Assembly (NCBI GenBank): GCA_024679065.1
Contig: JAGIQG010000017.1
Span: 32,178,001-32,242,000, forward strand
DNA: 64,000 bases
Source of the DNA: Sphyrna mokarran
Lineage: Eukaryota
Direction of reading: 5' to 3'
Shown: positions 1 to 12,639 of the stretch, one piece after another
Layout: the number at the start of each line of letters is the position of its first letter
Numbering within the stretch: position 1 is the first letter of the stretch
Position numbers and translations under genes: made by a program
The notes under the pieces: model-generated
What the model was told of the DNA's origin: nothing
The model's input: only the letters and a program-made list of their open reading frames with translations
The model's database searches: none

Positions 1-1423
1 GCCGCCAGGAAACCTGTGGGTGGGGAATGTGTTCCGGTGTGATTAAAGAATCCCAGTATTGTTATTGGCCGGAGAATTGACATCATGGCATGCACGTCAA
101 ATTTTTCAGGGGACAGAGTGCTCAGTTTGGGAATGTAGAATGTAACACTGTATGTGCTAAAGTCTGCAATGATCTTGTAGAGGACAAAGTGCAATTTGAA
201 CACTTTCAATACAATATTTTGATAACATGCATCCTTCAGTTCTTTAACCACTCTCATAATCCCTTCTGCTACATGGTGAGATTTTGTGTATAAAATTGCA
301 TTTGCTTTTTGTATGCATACCATTGGTGTGAGCTGAGCTAGGTGCCTTCTTGATGAGATAGCTTTTGTGGATGTCAGGAACTTGGAGCAGAAATATGCAG
401 AATTGTCTGATCAAGGTATCAGTTTGCATTTGGTGCTAGTTCAACTATAGGGGTGTCATTTTCGACTTCAGTGCTCTTGCTAATGGCCTCTCCTCTCGCA
501 CAGCCAGCTATGTATTCAGCAATAGGAAGAAGGAATGCCCACCACTTTTATTTAGTTGGATAATTGGTTGCTGATTTATTTCTGTGAGATGTTGTTAAGT
601 TGGTCTGGTTTGTACTTCGTTGAACTTTGTCGACAGTGGTGTTGCATTTTGTGACAGTCTTCTCTCTTCAAAAATTCTATTCATGATTCTTGATCTCAGT
701 CATGCCTGCTGTAATTTCCATCTGTCTTGATTTGTATCATCAAGAAGGGTTAGGGCAGAGATAATGCAAAGATAGACATGCTGATTGGAAAAACAGAAAA
801 AGGAGGAACGGAGTATTCTCAGTAGGAGACCATGTCCACCCCAGCTCTTCAATAAGTGTTCTTTCATCTTAAACTTAACGAAGAGAAATGTTTACAGTAT
901 TTCATTTTATGAAGGAGGTGTTCACTGAAATGCGTCACATGTTGCAGCCAGACTTTTGGCTTCGGGGTAGAATGAGGTGATGCTGCAATGGCTACGAAGG
1001 TAATGAGAATGGCCAATTTCTTTACATTTGGATCTTTCCATGCTGAGAAAGCTAATACCTCCCATATTCCCACCTGTGCTCAATAAAATGGGGTGGGGGG
1101 AGGTGATTGAATAATAATGCGCATCTCAGGTGATAGCATATGTTACATTGTATCTTTCCAGGGATGAGCAGGTGGATTGTGTTTGGAACTTCAACAGATT
1201 AGAAGGATTCTCCATAGTGTAGGGTGTTATTTGCTGCATATTTTGCTTATCAAATGCTGCATCTAAACGTAGAGAGATATCAGAACCACATAGGCTTCCA
1301 CAACTTGAATGTGCGTTTCAGGCGCAAATATATCCAGCACAGTGTACAGTGAATGCTCGGTGTTCTGTTAGTTATCATGATATCTTTATTCTGCATTATT
1401 CTGCTGGACCATCCTTATTTGAA

Positions 1424-1681
1424 CTCTCGAGCCTTCTGTCAGACGATGGCATCAGAGAGCTCTGTCTCTGTCTGCTGCGGGCATGACAGCGTGTTCGAGC
1501 TCTGGCCTGGCACTAATGCTGCCACTCAATGCCATTCAAGTGCCCCTTTTTTTTCAGTTATCGCTTGCAGGCTCGCTGTGGGCTGCGCCAAGCTGGAGCT
1601 CCACTGCCATGTCAGCAGGAGAGCATTTCTTGCAGTCCAGGATCAGACAGCCTCTCTGAAGACCCGAACCAAAACCTGGTA
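1424..1681 (+). other. Probable 3' part of rDNA ITS1 co-inserted with the 5.8S fragment
   Basis: A GC-richer block contiguous with the 5.8S 5' end. It begins exactly where Harbinger homology stops (PSLFE at 1423). ITS1 identity is inferred from position only. Confidence 0.65.
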
Positions 1682-1794
1682 CAACTCCTAGCGGTGGATC
1701 ACTCAGCTCGTGCATCAATGAAGAGCGCAGCTAGCTGCAAGAATTAATGTGAATTGCAGGATGCATTGATCATTGACACTTTGAATGCACTTTG
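1682..1794 (+). pseudogene. 5.8S rRNA pseudogene (5' ~110 nt, 3'-truncated)
   Basis: CAACTCCTAGCGGTGGATCACTCAGCTCGTGCATCAATGAAGAGCGCAGCTAGCTGCAAGAATTAATGTGAATTGCAGG...TTTGAATGCACTTTG aligns to vertebrate 5.8S. Most mismatches are CG>CA/TG. Confidence 0.95.
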
Positions 1795-1871
1795 ATCATT
1801 AGGTGTATGACTACAGCAAATCAACCACACGTGGGTAGCGTGCATTTTATGAGAGCCAAGTTGTTGCCATA

Positions 1872-2176
1872 CAATTTTATTGTACGTCATTCATGGGATG
1901 TGGGCATTACTGGCTGGGCCAGCTTCCCTGGGGACATAAAACAGTCAACCACATTGTTGTCGATCTGGAGTCAGTGTAGTCTAGATCAGGTAAGAATGAC
2001 AGATTTTCTTCCCCAAAGGATATTAATGACTGGTTTCATTAGACTTTTGATTCCAGATTTTTATTAAATTCAAATTTCACTATCTGCCATGTACAGTTTG
2101 AATTCTAATTGTCAGAGCATATCCTAGTTCTCAGGATTACTAGTCCAACAGCATTGCCACTATCCACTGCCTTCTC
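1872..2176 (-). mobile_element. tRNA-derived shark SINE nested in Harbinger
   Basis: Same family as 11378-11720 and 56865-57040 (shared agtcaaccacatt..tctggagtca..agatttccttcc core). A degenerate tRNA-like head lies at the right end. Confidence 0.7.
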
Positions 2177-3332
2177 GTCATTGATAATGTCATTGAACAG
2201 ACTATTGCAATGCTCAAACCACTGTTTCTGTTGCCTGGATCGTGCAGCAGTCACTGGAACATGTTTCATGATATACTGTGGCCAACTGCCTTTTGCACGA
2301 CCTCCCTATAATGAGGGCACAACCCATTATGCCAGGTATATGATGAGTAACAGATGAATAAGTGGAAGGGAGGAAACAACTATTACATTCTGTTTTTGGT
2401 CATCCAACTGTGGTGCCAACAATCCAACTTACAATTCTATAAGAATCCTGAGCTTATCTTCCCTCGGTTACTGACTACTGTCCCCTTCGCCACAATGTTG
2501 AAAAATATTATTGCTAAATTATTAAATGCAAAAAGCATTCACTTGTACTTTACTGTTCATATTTTGCCCATCTGAGCTGTAAAATTCTGTTTTAATTGAC
2601 TGTCTCTGTTAAAACTTATCCTTTTTTCAACCCATTCTCAATGTCTTGCATGGTTAATTGATAATGTAATTAGTATTTAAATGAATACCAAATTATTGTA
2701 ATGGTCTAAAGTGTTCTTAACTCATCTAGTCTTACCTTCCCCTAGACCAGCCAGCATTTCAAGATGCAATAACGAACCTGTGGTGTACTAACCATAGTAG
2801 GTGGCAATGTTTAACTGCAGTTTGATAAATTGGCACTGCATTTTTGCAAGAGTGCCGATCTATTTTATATCAATCATTTTTTTCATTCTAAATTTCCATC
2901 AGTAAATTAATACACTTGCAGTCTCAGTTATTGCTGCAATGCCAATCAAGGCATAACACTTTTTAAAATATTAAAGCAAAGCCTTAAGATTGCTGGGATA
3001 CTAAAATCTGAATCACTGATAACATATTTACAATTTGTTTGATAGCAGCCAACTTGTGTGTTTGTTATCTTGTATCCTCATTTTCAAAAGTCAAGCCTAT
3101 ACAATTCTTATTTGGGATCTGCACAAAAACTTAAATGAAATAATGTAAGTTATTTTTCTGTTCAGATTTAAGGGCTGAAATGCTGTAATACATGTTTGGC
3201 GTTTGCATTTCTGTAATTCAGTTTGCTTATATCCTTCATGAAGAAACCCTGTGCATTTTATTGAATAAATGCAGTTATTATGATGATCTTTAATCTAAAT
3301 GCATTGTTTATTGAATAGTTAAATAATGTTAT

Positions 3333-3508
3333 CAGAATCCCTACAGGGCAGAACAGGACCATTCAGCCCATTGTGTCTGCACTGACCACCATCTCATCCA
3401 GGTCCTATTCCCGCAACCACAAATATTTACTCAGGAGTCTCCCTGAAACTAGGGTCAATTTAGCATGGCCAATCAACCGAACCTGTACATCTTTGATGTG
3501 TGGGAACT
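3333..3508 (-). mobile_element. HE1-type V-SINE, 3' half
   Basis: The reverse complement contains the V-domain (caaagatgtacaggtt..gattggccatgctaaattg) and a CR1-type tail (gggctgaatggtcctgttctgccctgtagggattct). Confidence 0.75.
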
Positions 3509-5204
3509 TTGAGTCTGAATCTAAAGCTTATTTTATGGTGTTCGACTGAGGACTTTTGTCTTCACAGTTAATGAAGTATGGCATATGTGTTGCTCTTGGA
3601 AGCAGAGCATACATTTGACACATTCCACAAAATGTATTTGGGGTTAGTGATCTTCTTAGCAGTATAGTTATTCATTTGTTTGAAAGACAAATGTATGAGG
3701 AATTTAGCTTGTGCTTAGGCTTAACAGCTGTATTGGATTTCTGACAGGGGCCAATGAATTGTAGTACCCTCTTTCTGATTTACAAGACATATTCAGTGCT
3801 CCTTTGATCATGTGCATTATATTTTCATCTCAAACCTGCAATTAAGCTGCTAGAACTATTTGTAGTTCTAAGTTATTTGCTGTAATTTGTTCTGCCAATT
3901 TATGAAATGAAACAATTCAGCAGGCACCAATATCTGCTATATGTTATGCAGTGTTGACTGACACAACTGAAGCAGACTTTGAAAATGTACGTGTAACATA
4001 TATTTGGTATGTACATTTCAGCCTTAAAGTGAGAATTTGGGAAATGATGTCCCATTTTTGAGTGCTCTAAATGCTGTTAGAGCTCCAAAAAGACATCTGT
4101 TCCATGTGTATACTTGTGGGCCAAGTGTGCTGGGCTGTAACTTCCTAATTCCTCAGCATCTTATTTGGAAGGTACCCCAAACATGCAATGCAAAAAAGCA
4201 GTTACTCAGAAAAAATTAGAACTTCTGGGTATCAATTGACCCAGACCCAGACTGACAGTTCCACCTCCGTAGGCCCTGTTCTCCAAAGAACTGCCCCAAA
4301 CCTCATGGGACTCCTGATGGGTTTTTTTCCCCAACACCTCAACTTCTCATGGGAATTCCCCCCGTCCCTACCAGTCAGTTGCCCCGCAGGCCTGGCTGGA
4401 CATCCTACCCCTACAGCTACTCCACTTCCAAAGTCCAACTGGAGCCCAACCTCCAAATATCTCCTCCCATTTACCCATGAGCTGATCACCCCAGCCTTGA
4501 AACCCTTATCTTCAAACAGACCCTCCATCTCTGATTCAGTCAACGCTCCCTGAGCCCCCAACCGAACAACCCACACTTGAGGACTGACCTTCATTCCCTG
4601 ACCCAACACCTCCAGACCTCAGATCCAGCCCAACTGTTCCCTCCCCTCACCTGATTGACACTTCCAACCAACCCCTGCCACCCCAACCTATGACTCCACA
4701 AAACCAACTGAGTTGCAATACCCCGCTGCAAATCCCACTCCGCTCATCCCAGATGTCTGATCATGCCTAGCTCTGACATCCTCCCACCCACCCTCATAAC
4801 TATGAACTCTGATCACTCCTGACTGCTGTTCCTGCCCACCACCCCAACCCTAATATCCAACTTCCCATTTCCTGCCGAAGTCCCATTATACCATCCACCC
4901 CTGTGTTTGTGGCCTCTGTCTCTTTAATAAAGACAGTACAGCAGATGTGAAACACTCACTTGAGAAAGCAATATAAACTGAGTGATCACTCTAGAGGGTG
5001 GAGTCCTTTCTCAGCCAGAATCATTGAACAATCATGCAGCAAGCATGTAAAGACTGGAACACAGATCCAGAGCAGCCTGGAACAGCAACTTTTCTGTACC
5101 TCTGTCGATGATAGAATGCCACAACATAACAGGTTCCATCACCCACATCCACTCCCATGGTTCCAATCCCTGTCACCCCCAAGATTCAATCTCCCATTTA
5201 CTCC

Positions 5205-5773
5205 TGAGGGAAATAAAACAGTCCTCTTTCGTCCTGGTTTCTTCATACTTGTTCAAGGTGTTGTGGGAAAGTCACCAGTTTGGAGTCAAACTTGGAGATT
5301 CAACAAACACTTTTATTTGGATGAAGCTTTGAGAGAAAGGTCGGTACCTTCTCAACCACATAATGGTAGTTGAGCATCTTTTATACCTTTTGTTAGAAAA
5401 TAGACAATACGGGTGTTAGCCATTAGCACATCGTTAAACGTTGAGCAGACAAGTACGGACATCGACAGTTATCATATCGTTGTACATAGAGTAGATATAT
5501 TTATGCAGTTACGCCCCTATCGATGGCTGATCTTGTATACATTTATGTCCCCCCAAGAGTGAATGATTTCATTATCAATCTCATTGTTTTGGGTCTGCTT
5601 TTATCTCAAGCTTAAGGTGCCTCAAGGTCTGACTGTTTTCTGCAGTAACTTAAACACTACAATTTTTAACTCTTTGTGTACTGTCTGTACCCAAAGTTAG
5701 CGTCTCTTAATGTCTTTTCCCAGAGTCCATTTTGTGCCAGGTATCCATTTTGTGTCCTTTAACTTTGATTTCA
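5205..5773 (-). mobile_element. Solo LTR (569 bp), ERV1-like or Gypsy
   Basis: TGA...TCA termini with a 4-bp TSD CTCC (5201-5204 and 5774-5777). On the minus strand, TATAAAA (5379-5385) is followed by AATAAA (5312-5317), and CAAAATGG is duplicated in U3. Confidence 0.75.
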
Positions 5774-5975
5774 CTCCAATAAAGACATGGTAGAAGCATT
5801 TTGGAGCTAATCATCTGGAGCATTGCCGCAGATGCTGCACTCTCATCATTGACCCTAACCACATGGAATATGATACCGTGCCTCGTTTTTAATCAGTTCA
5901 GCCATCCCTCACTGTAGTTTGTGTCATCTGAGTTTGATTTGCTGCAATTAAGATGCTGGCCACTCAATATTGGCT

Positions 5976-6180
5976 AAAAGCAAAATTCTGTGGATGTTGG
6001 AATCTGAAACAAAAACAGAAAATATTGGAAAATATCAGCAGATCTGACAGCACCTGTGGAGAGAGAATAGAGCCAACGTTTTGAGTCAGGGTGACCCTTC
6101 ATCAGAGCTCTGCTAAAGGATCATCCTGACTTCAAACATTGGCTTGATTCTCTTTGCACAGTTTTGGTTCTCTGCTGATG
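5976..6180. mobile_element. Penelope-derived palindromic element with two opposed degenerate hammerhead cores
   Basis: Imperfect hairpin at 6053-6161 centred on cagag|ctctg. The minus strand reads CTGATGA-AGGGTC-ACCCT-GACTC-AAAA-CGTT. Confidence 0.7.
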
Positions 6181-6465
6181 CATTCATTTGATCAACAGTG
6201 TGGTTAGTGCAAGATGAACGTCAAAATAAACAGAGAAATAAGCAGAGAGCATTAACTTAGTGTGCTGCTCACATTGCAGACACCCAGCATATGCAATTGC
6301 TCATTGTGGTCCCTCTACCAACTTTATTAATTAGAACTCTTAATGCACCTAGAACGCATGTCCATCTATACATTTTGTCAGAGGACACTATTCAAGGTCT
6401 TTGATCATAGTGTAAGATTCAGTGCTGCAATGATTTTGGTATGAACACAGATGTTCAGACTCTAT

Positions 6466-7079
6466 GAGCTGAATTTTAGAAGCCCTTGGGATCAGGTTGG
6501 GAAGTGGGAGTTCTTGTAATATAGCAGTGAGAAGTGTTGGAATGGAAGCCAGGGGATATTGTCAGCAGTGGGAATGGCATTGGCCAATTAATGGCTAGTT
6601 ACTTGACTCCTTTCCAGCATTTAATCCAGCATCAGGATGGGTGAATTGAGGGAGCCTCCAAGCCGTTCCCAAGCATGTGGAGAATTGGGTATGCATCCCT
6701 TTATGGCCATACCATGGAAGGACCCTCGATGGCAATGCAACTCCAGTTCCATCATTGGCGGGTTCATCCCTCCAATTGCCAGTTTCCATCAATATGACAC
6801 TGGCACATTAACAAAATATCACACCTGCACTTTGCGGCATCTTTAAATGGAGGTGCCCTCTTCTCCTTTGCCTCTATTAGTGGTGCTGCTGATCTATCAC
6901 CCCTCTGTTTTGACTGGAATCTCTGATAGTTGGACCTGTATGCTTTGACTGCGCTATAGTGGTCTTTTAATTGGATGTTTCTGATAAAATCTCACACCCT
7001 GTCTCCAGGTCCCATCATCCTCCATGGAGGTTGGGATCTGCTTTCAGCCTCGGGATTATCTTTTTGTAATATCAAGCTC
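6466..7079. mobile_element. Probable non-autonomous Harbinger-type element (MITE-like)
   Basis: Imperfect terminal inverted repeats gagctgaatttta ... taatatcaagctc, with TAT/TAA flanks and a GC-richer interior. Confidence 0.45.
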
Positions 7080-7134
7080 TAAAGTTCGCCGTGACAAGTT
7101 GTGAAATTGAACCAATTAATGCCATCTTTAGTTC

Positions 7135-7410
7135 ATTGATAGCACTTGCAGTTCTGATTAAGATGGTCAGGAGTTCAAGTGGATATTGACCCTTCAGCAT
7201 TACCGGAATGCTGGGCTGTCTTTTGGATGAGACATTAAATGATACCCATCTTTCTTCTCCTATGGAAATAAAAAAGCTCCCATGGCAGAGCAAGAGAATA
7301 CTCCTTATGTCCGATCCAAAATTTATGCTCAGTAAACACCAAAGATAGATAATCTAGTCTTTGGAACTTTCTATATACCACTTGTCTGCTAGATTTTCAT
7401 ATTACTGTAT
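7135..7410 (+). mobile_element. DeuSINE (SacSINE1/AmnSINE1-like) remnant
   Basis: Deu-domain-like ctgtcttttggatgagacattaaa...aaaagctcccatggca...aatttatgctcag. Confidence 0.65.
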
Positions 7411-8019
7411 CTGCAAATGTTATTAGACCAGATGGCTTTCTCTCAACTTGTTGAGAGTGCACTTGTCCATTTTTTTTAAATTCATGATTTCTGGGAATAG
7501 CAAAGGTGTTTGAATCAGATTTAAATGCTGATTCAATTACATATTTAATAACACTTACGATTTTGTGTGATCTTGATTAATCTCAGAACCTGGCCACTTG
7601 CACAGAGTTAAAATCAAGCCCTATATCTCTGCTCTGGAAGCACTTAGAAAACAACTTGACCTTGCTTGTTCCAAAAGCACTTTTGAAAACCTATTTGTTC
7701 CACTGTGTTGGATTCCCCATCTAAAATCCATCATTTTCTCCTCAATATATACCTATTTTTCTCTAGGCTTTCAACAGAAAAGTTAACTGAATAAGTTTGA
7801 AGCCCACTGCAGACATACCACATGTGTATAAAACTCATTTCAAGCTTTTAATGGGAAATGCATGTTGCCATTGGCATTTCATTAAAATATGAAAGTGTTT
7901 TGTGTGAATTTAATATTGCTACTACTTGAATTGTGAATAGCATCCAACATTGATGACTATAGATTTTGCTCATCAAAATTAGGTTTGTGTTTGAAGAAAG
8001 CAGAATTGTGACCTGAGTA

Positions 8020-9127
8020 ACAGTAAATCAAAAGGCATTTGATAAGATTTTTTATTAAAGGTTTTTGCAGGAAATAAAAGCACATGCTGTAGGGGTAACA
8101 TATTGGCGTGGATAGAAGATTGGCTGGTTAACTGGAAATCAAGAGTCAGCATAAATGGGTCATTATCTGATTGACAGAACGTGAAGAATAATATGTCACA
8201 GGAATCTATACTAGGGCCTCAACTCTTTATAATTTATCAAAATGATTTAAATGAAGGAATCAATGATATAGTTGTTAAATTATATAAAATTAAATTTATA
8301 GTTGTTTAAATTGATTAAGTAAATGATTCAAAATAGTAGGAAACTAAGTTGTAAGGACGCTGCAAAAGGTTATTATAGAACCATAGAAAAGTTATGGCAG
8401 AGGCTATTCAGTCCAACTTGTTCATCCAGCTGAGAACACATAGTTGTCCTTTCTAATAACACCTTCCTGCACCCAGTCTATAGCATTTAAGAGTGCAGAT
8501 CTGAGTACTCCTTAAAAACGTTTAGTGTCTCTACCTCTACCATGAACTCAGGCAATGAATTGCAGACACGCAGTACCTCTGCAAATAAAATTCTTCCTCA
8601 TATCCCTTCTATATCTGCCATTTATCTTGAATCTTTGTTCTCTGGTTCTCGAATTCTCTGCCAAGAGAAACAATTTTATCCTGTTTATACTATCTCTTCC
8701 CCTCATAATTTTGTACACTTAAGTCAAGTCACCAAAATCAGTCAAGAGTTTTGAAAAGTCAGAGGCAATTTGATTGAAAAGTACAAAATCCTGAGGGGAC
8801 TTGACAGGATGGATGAGGTAAGGGAAGCTTTTTGTTGTGGCAAAATCTCAATCTCTGGGCCAAAGTTAAAAATAAGGGGTTCACCGATCTAAAACAGAGG
8901 TGAGGACTTTTTCCCCCATGGTGGTGTGAGACTTTGAAATTCTTTTCCTTAAAAGATGATTGAAGCCAAATCTTTGAATATCATTAAGGCAGTCGGTAGA
9001 TTCTCAATAAGCAAATAGGTGAAAGGTTATCAGAGGTAGACAGGAATGTGAAGTTCAGGTTTAAACTTATTGAATGGTAGAAAGGTCTCGAGGGACCGAG
9101 CAATCTACTCTTTTCTTAATTTTTACG
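8020..9127 (+). mobile_element. Old CR1 LINE RT/3' fragment split by an antisense CR1 3' end
   Basis: KAFDK-encoding caaaaggcatttgataag and WIEDWL. Homology resumes at ~8757 (RGNLIEKYKILRGLDR) and runs to a 3' UTR. Confidence 0.75.
8375..8735 (-). mobile_element. CR1 3' end nested antisense in an older CR1
   Basis: Starts with the tail atagaaccatagaa (reverse of the ttctatg repeats), followed by CR1 3' coding homology. Confidence 0.7.
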
Positions 9128-9598
9128 CTTTTAAGTCGAGGTATTGGTAATTTATGATCTTGTCGCTTGTGATGATGATAATGGGAGATAAGCTTTTGAA
9201 TAATCTTTATATTGTTCCCTCTGATTTGATCATCAAAGAACAAATTTCATATACCAAAGTAAGCTAAATAAATCATATTAGAATTGTGAATTGCATTGTA
9301 GGTATTTTTCATTGCAGAACACTGAAGAGTACATTCAAAACAGGTCCGATGGAAATATGGACAAGCTAACTGATGTGAGGATGACTGAGGGATAACTGAA
9401 TCCTAAAATTTCCTGTTTTATTAATGTGGAATATTTCTCTGAATTGGTGAGGTCTAGGATCAAGGTGTTATTAATAGTTTTAAAAACTAGAGATTCAAAT
9501 ACTTTACTTTTGTAACATATTTACTTTGATAACAATAGAAGAATATTTCTGTGCAAGCAAATATGTTTCACATTTTCTATCATGATGACTAAAATATT

Positions 9599-10516
9599 TT
9601 GTGGAGGGATGGGTTGGTAAGTTTGCTGATGACATGAAAGTTGGTGGTGTTGTGGATAGTCTGGGGGGATGTCAGAAGTTGCAGCGTGACATGGATAGGG
9701 TGCAAGACTGGGCGGAGAAGTGGCAGATGGACTTCAACCTGGAAAAATGTGTAGTGGTCCATTTTTGGCAGGTCAAATGAGATGAAGGAGTATAATAACA
9801 AGGATAAGACTCTTAGCAATGTAGAGGATCAGAAGGACTTTGGGGTCTGGGTCCAGAGGACTCTTAAATTGGCCTCGCAGTTAGACGATGTGGTCAAGAA
9901 CGTGTATAGCGTACTGGCCTTCTTCAATCGAGGGATTGAGTTTAGGAGTCAGAAGATAATGCTGCAGCTTTATAAGACCCTAGTCAGACCCCACTTGGAG
10001 TACTATGCGGAGTTTTGGTTGCCTCATTACAGGAAAGATGTAGAGGCTATTGAAAGGGTGCAGAGGAGATTTACAAGGATGTTGCCTGAATTGGGTGGCA
10101 TGCCTTATGAGGATAAGTTGAGGGAATTCGATCTTTTCTTCCTGGAGAGATGAAGGATGAGAGGTAACCTGATAGAGATTTATAAGATGTTGAGAGGTAT
10201 AGACCAGGTGGATTCTTAGAGGCTATTTCCCAGGGCTGAAATGGTCACTATGAGAGGACACAGATTTAAGGTGCCGGGGAGTAGATACAGAGGAGATGTC
10301 GGGGTAAGTTTTTCACTCAGAGGTTGGTGGGTGAGTGGAATCGGCTGCCGTCAATGATAGTGGAGGCGAATTTGTTAGGGTCTTTTAATGGATGAGTACT
10401 TGGGATTTATCACGAATTGAGGGTTATAGGTAGGCCTAGTAAGTAGGGATATGATCAGCGCAACTTGTGGGCCGAAGGGCCTGTTTGTGCTGTAGTTTTT
10501 CTATGTTCTATGTTCT
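9599..10516 (+). mobile_element. 5'-truncated CR1/HER1-type LINE (RT C-terminus + 3' UTR)
   Basis: SKFADD motif; ORF 9782-10153 contains [24 protein letters not shown]; tail gggccgaagggcctgtt..ttctatgttctatgttct. Confidence 0.92.
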
Positions 10517-11377
10517 GTGATATTCATGCTCATCGTCTGTGCAGTGCAGAGTGTGGGAGATACTCGTGTAAACTCCCACTGAAAAACCAACGTGAATTAC
10601 TCCAATTTTCCTACAGATTTGACACTTAGAATGTTTTTGAGAGAATTCTGCCCAATATTTCCCATCAAGGGAATTTTTGAGACCAGGGAATTAGCTCAGA
10701 AGAAATCATTGATGCAAATATACATTTCCAATACATGCCAGTAAATTGGTGCATGTGTGGACTTTTCTAATTGAGACAAGAATTTTTTTGTTCCTCTCTT
10801 GTTTACGCAACTCCTAGCCTTTAGTAGCTAAACAGATCTTTATATTTTTCACTTTCACTTTTAAGTGGTTTTAATATCAAATTATGAAGGTACTTTATTT
10901 CGTTGCACAGCTGAATAAAAAGTAAGTCCATATTTTTCTACTTCGTGTTAATGAGGGGTGAATGGAAAACTACATATCAATGACTACGTTGATTGGAACA
11001 GTTAGGAAGCTCTAAGACCATGATTGTTTAATTTGATCTAAAGTAAAGTGCTGCAGTTATGAAAGTGGCAAAGTGCAGTGCTTGCAGACTATTATAAGCA
11101 TATTTGTTTTATTGATTATGATAAATTGGATTATATAACCACTGCAAGCACAGCTGGAATGCACTCAGATTCTAAGAAGACTCCAATGCTTAAATTTAAT
11201 GTTTATGTTGTAGTGAAGAATTATGAGAAATTCTACTTTAAAAGCTAAGAAACGGGCTGTAATAGATTTCCTGTAATATATTTCTTATTATATACATCTA
11301 TATAATAAGATGTATGTTTACAAACTAAAAGCAAATAGTCCTAAAATAAGCTGTCATTCAAATTTAATGAGAATTTT

Positions 11378-11720
11378 TATTTATTAATTCATGAGGCATG
11401 GACCAACATTTATTGCCCATCCCTAGTTGCCCTTGTTCAGGGATCAGTTGAGAGTCAACCACATTACTGTGGTTCTGGAGTCACATGTAGGTCAGATTGG
11501 GTAAGCAAGGCAGATTTCCTTCTCCAAAGGACATAAGTAAACCAGATGGGGTTTTCTGACAACCGTCAATGATTTCACGATCGTCAGTAGATTCTTAATT
11601 CCAGATATTTTTATCGAATTCAAACTCTACCATTTGCCATAGTGGGATTCAAATCCCCAGAACATTAGCTGAGTTTCTGGATTAATAATCTAGCAAAAAT
11701 ATCACTAAGATATCGCCTCA
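11378..11720 (-). mobile_element. tRNA-derived shark SINE, near full length
   Basis: The minus strand starts gaggcgat..tagtga (A-box-like) and has gatttgaatcccac (B-box-like). It ends in a gggcaataaatg..tgaattaataa tail. Confidence 0.75.
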
Positions 11721-11929
11721 CCTTCATTGCGTGTGAGTGAACCTTTTTAGACATAATGGCAGTGATTCCTTCCCCACTACACTCAGATCAATGTTACACA
11801 TATTGTTATGAATACATAGAAATGTTCTTGACTCCAGTATGAGAAAATATATGATAGTTTACAGAGGACAGAAAAGTTACTGGGGGTTAGTGCTTCTTGA
11901 TTAACTTTAAAAATTACTGCAAGCAATCA

Positions 11930-12638
11930 CAAGCGAACTTAAATTCAGTGTTGTGTCGTGTGAGGTAATAGGTCTTGGAAGAAAGAATAGGATGTATACA
12001 ACAAATGGTAAAACCTGAAAAAGAGTAGTACAGCATCAAGATTTTTCAAGGTTTAGACGTACAAATTTTTGAAGTTGGAAGACGAGTTGATAAGACTGAT
12101 GTCAAATAAAATATGAGATCCTGAATGCTATAAATGGAACCAAGAACAAAAATCCAAGAGACTATATCAAATTTGCACTTGTCACTTGGTAGTACAGAAC
12201 TTGAGTATTGTTGAATGGAAAAACCTGTGGTTAAAGCTTTTTGTCTCCCACTTATTAGGATAAAAGTAGAAATATCAACTTTCAAATGATCATAATTTAT
12301 ACTACAGGAAGAAAAAATATTGATTGGTTGACAAATCAATTCTGATTAATTAAAATATTGTTGTGGAGAAAACCACAGGGGAACAGAGTACAAGACATAA
12401 AACTTAACAATATGTTTGTCCTTTCAGAAATGTTCTTACAAATTTTTGATTAAGCCAGTTATACTAGTTTTCAGTTTCAGGTGCCCTACTTCAAGTATGT
12501 TAAAACTTTGGAAAGGACTAAACGTGATTGAGTAAGATAATAATAATGAGGCTTATTTAACAAAACAGAAAAAAAGTTGCAGTGTTTTTAGTAAACAGTG
12601 AAGATTAAGAGGCATTGTGATAGCAGTATTTAAAATTC
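11930..12638 (+). mobile_element. Very old CR1 fragments
   Basis: aaattcagtgttgtgtcgtgtgaggtaata..ggaagaaagaatagg (FN..KCEVI..GRKN-like) and RLRG.VIAVFKI at ~12600. Confidence 0.5.
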
Positions 12639-12639
12639 A

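Larger units (their letters stand above)
700..2345 (+). mobile_element. Degraded PIF/Harbinger (HARBI1-like) transposase, interrupted by an rDNA fragment and a SINE
   Basis: Colinear frameshifted motifs: LSRRPCPP (~818), ATKVMRMANFFTFGSFH (~990), FHNLNV (~1296), VNARCSVSYHDIFILHYSAGPSLFE (1349-1423), and VIEQTIAMLK..CLDR (~2190-2245). Confidence 0.8.

Noticed and set aside
1682-1794. Functional rRNA gene
   Set aside because: 3'-truncated, CpG-decayed, and lacking 18S/28S neighbours.
4188-4900. Overlapping 121/125-aa ORFs in a C-rich tract
   Set aside because: Low-complexity sequence depleted of stop codons, with no domain or splice evidence. Probably the interior of a non-autonomous repeat.
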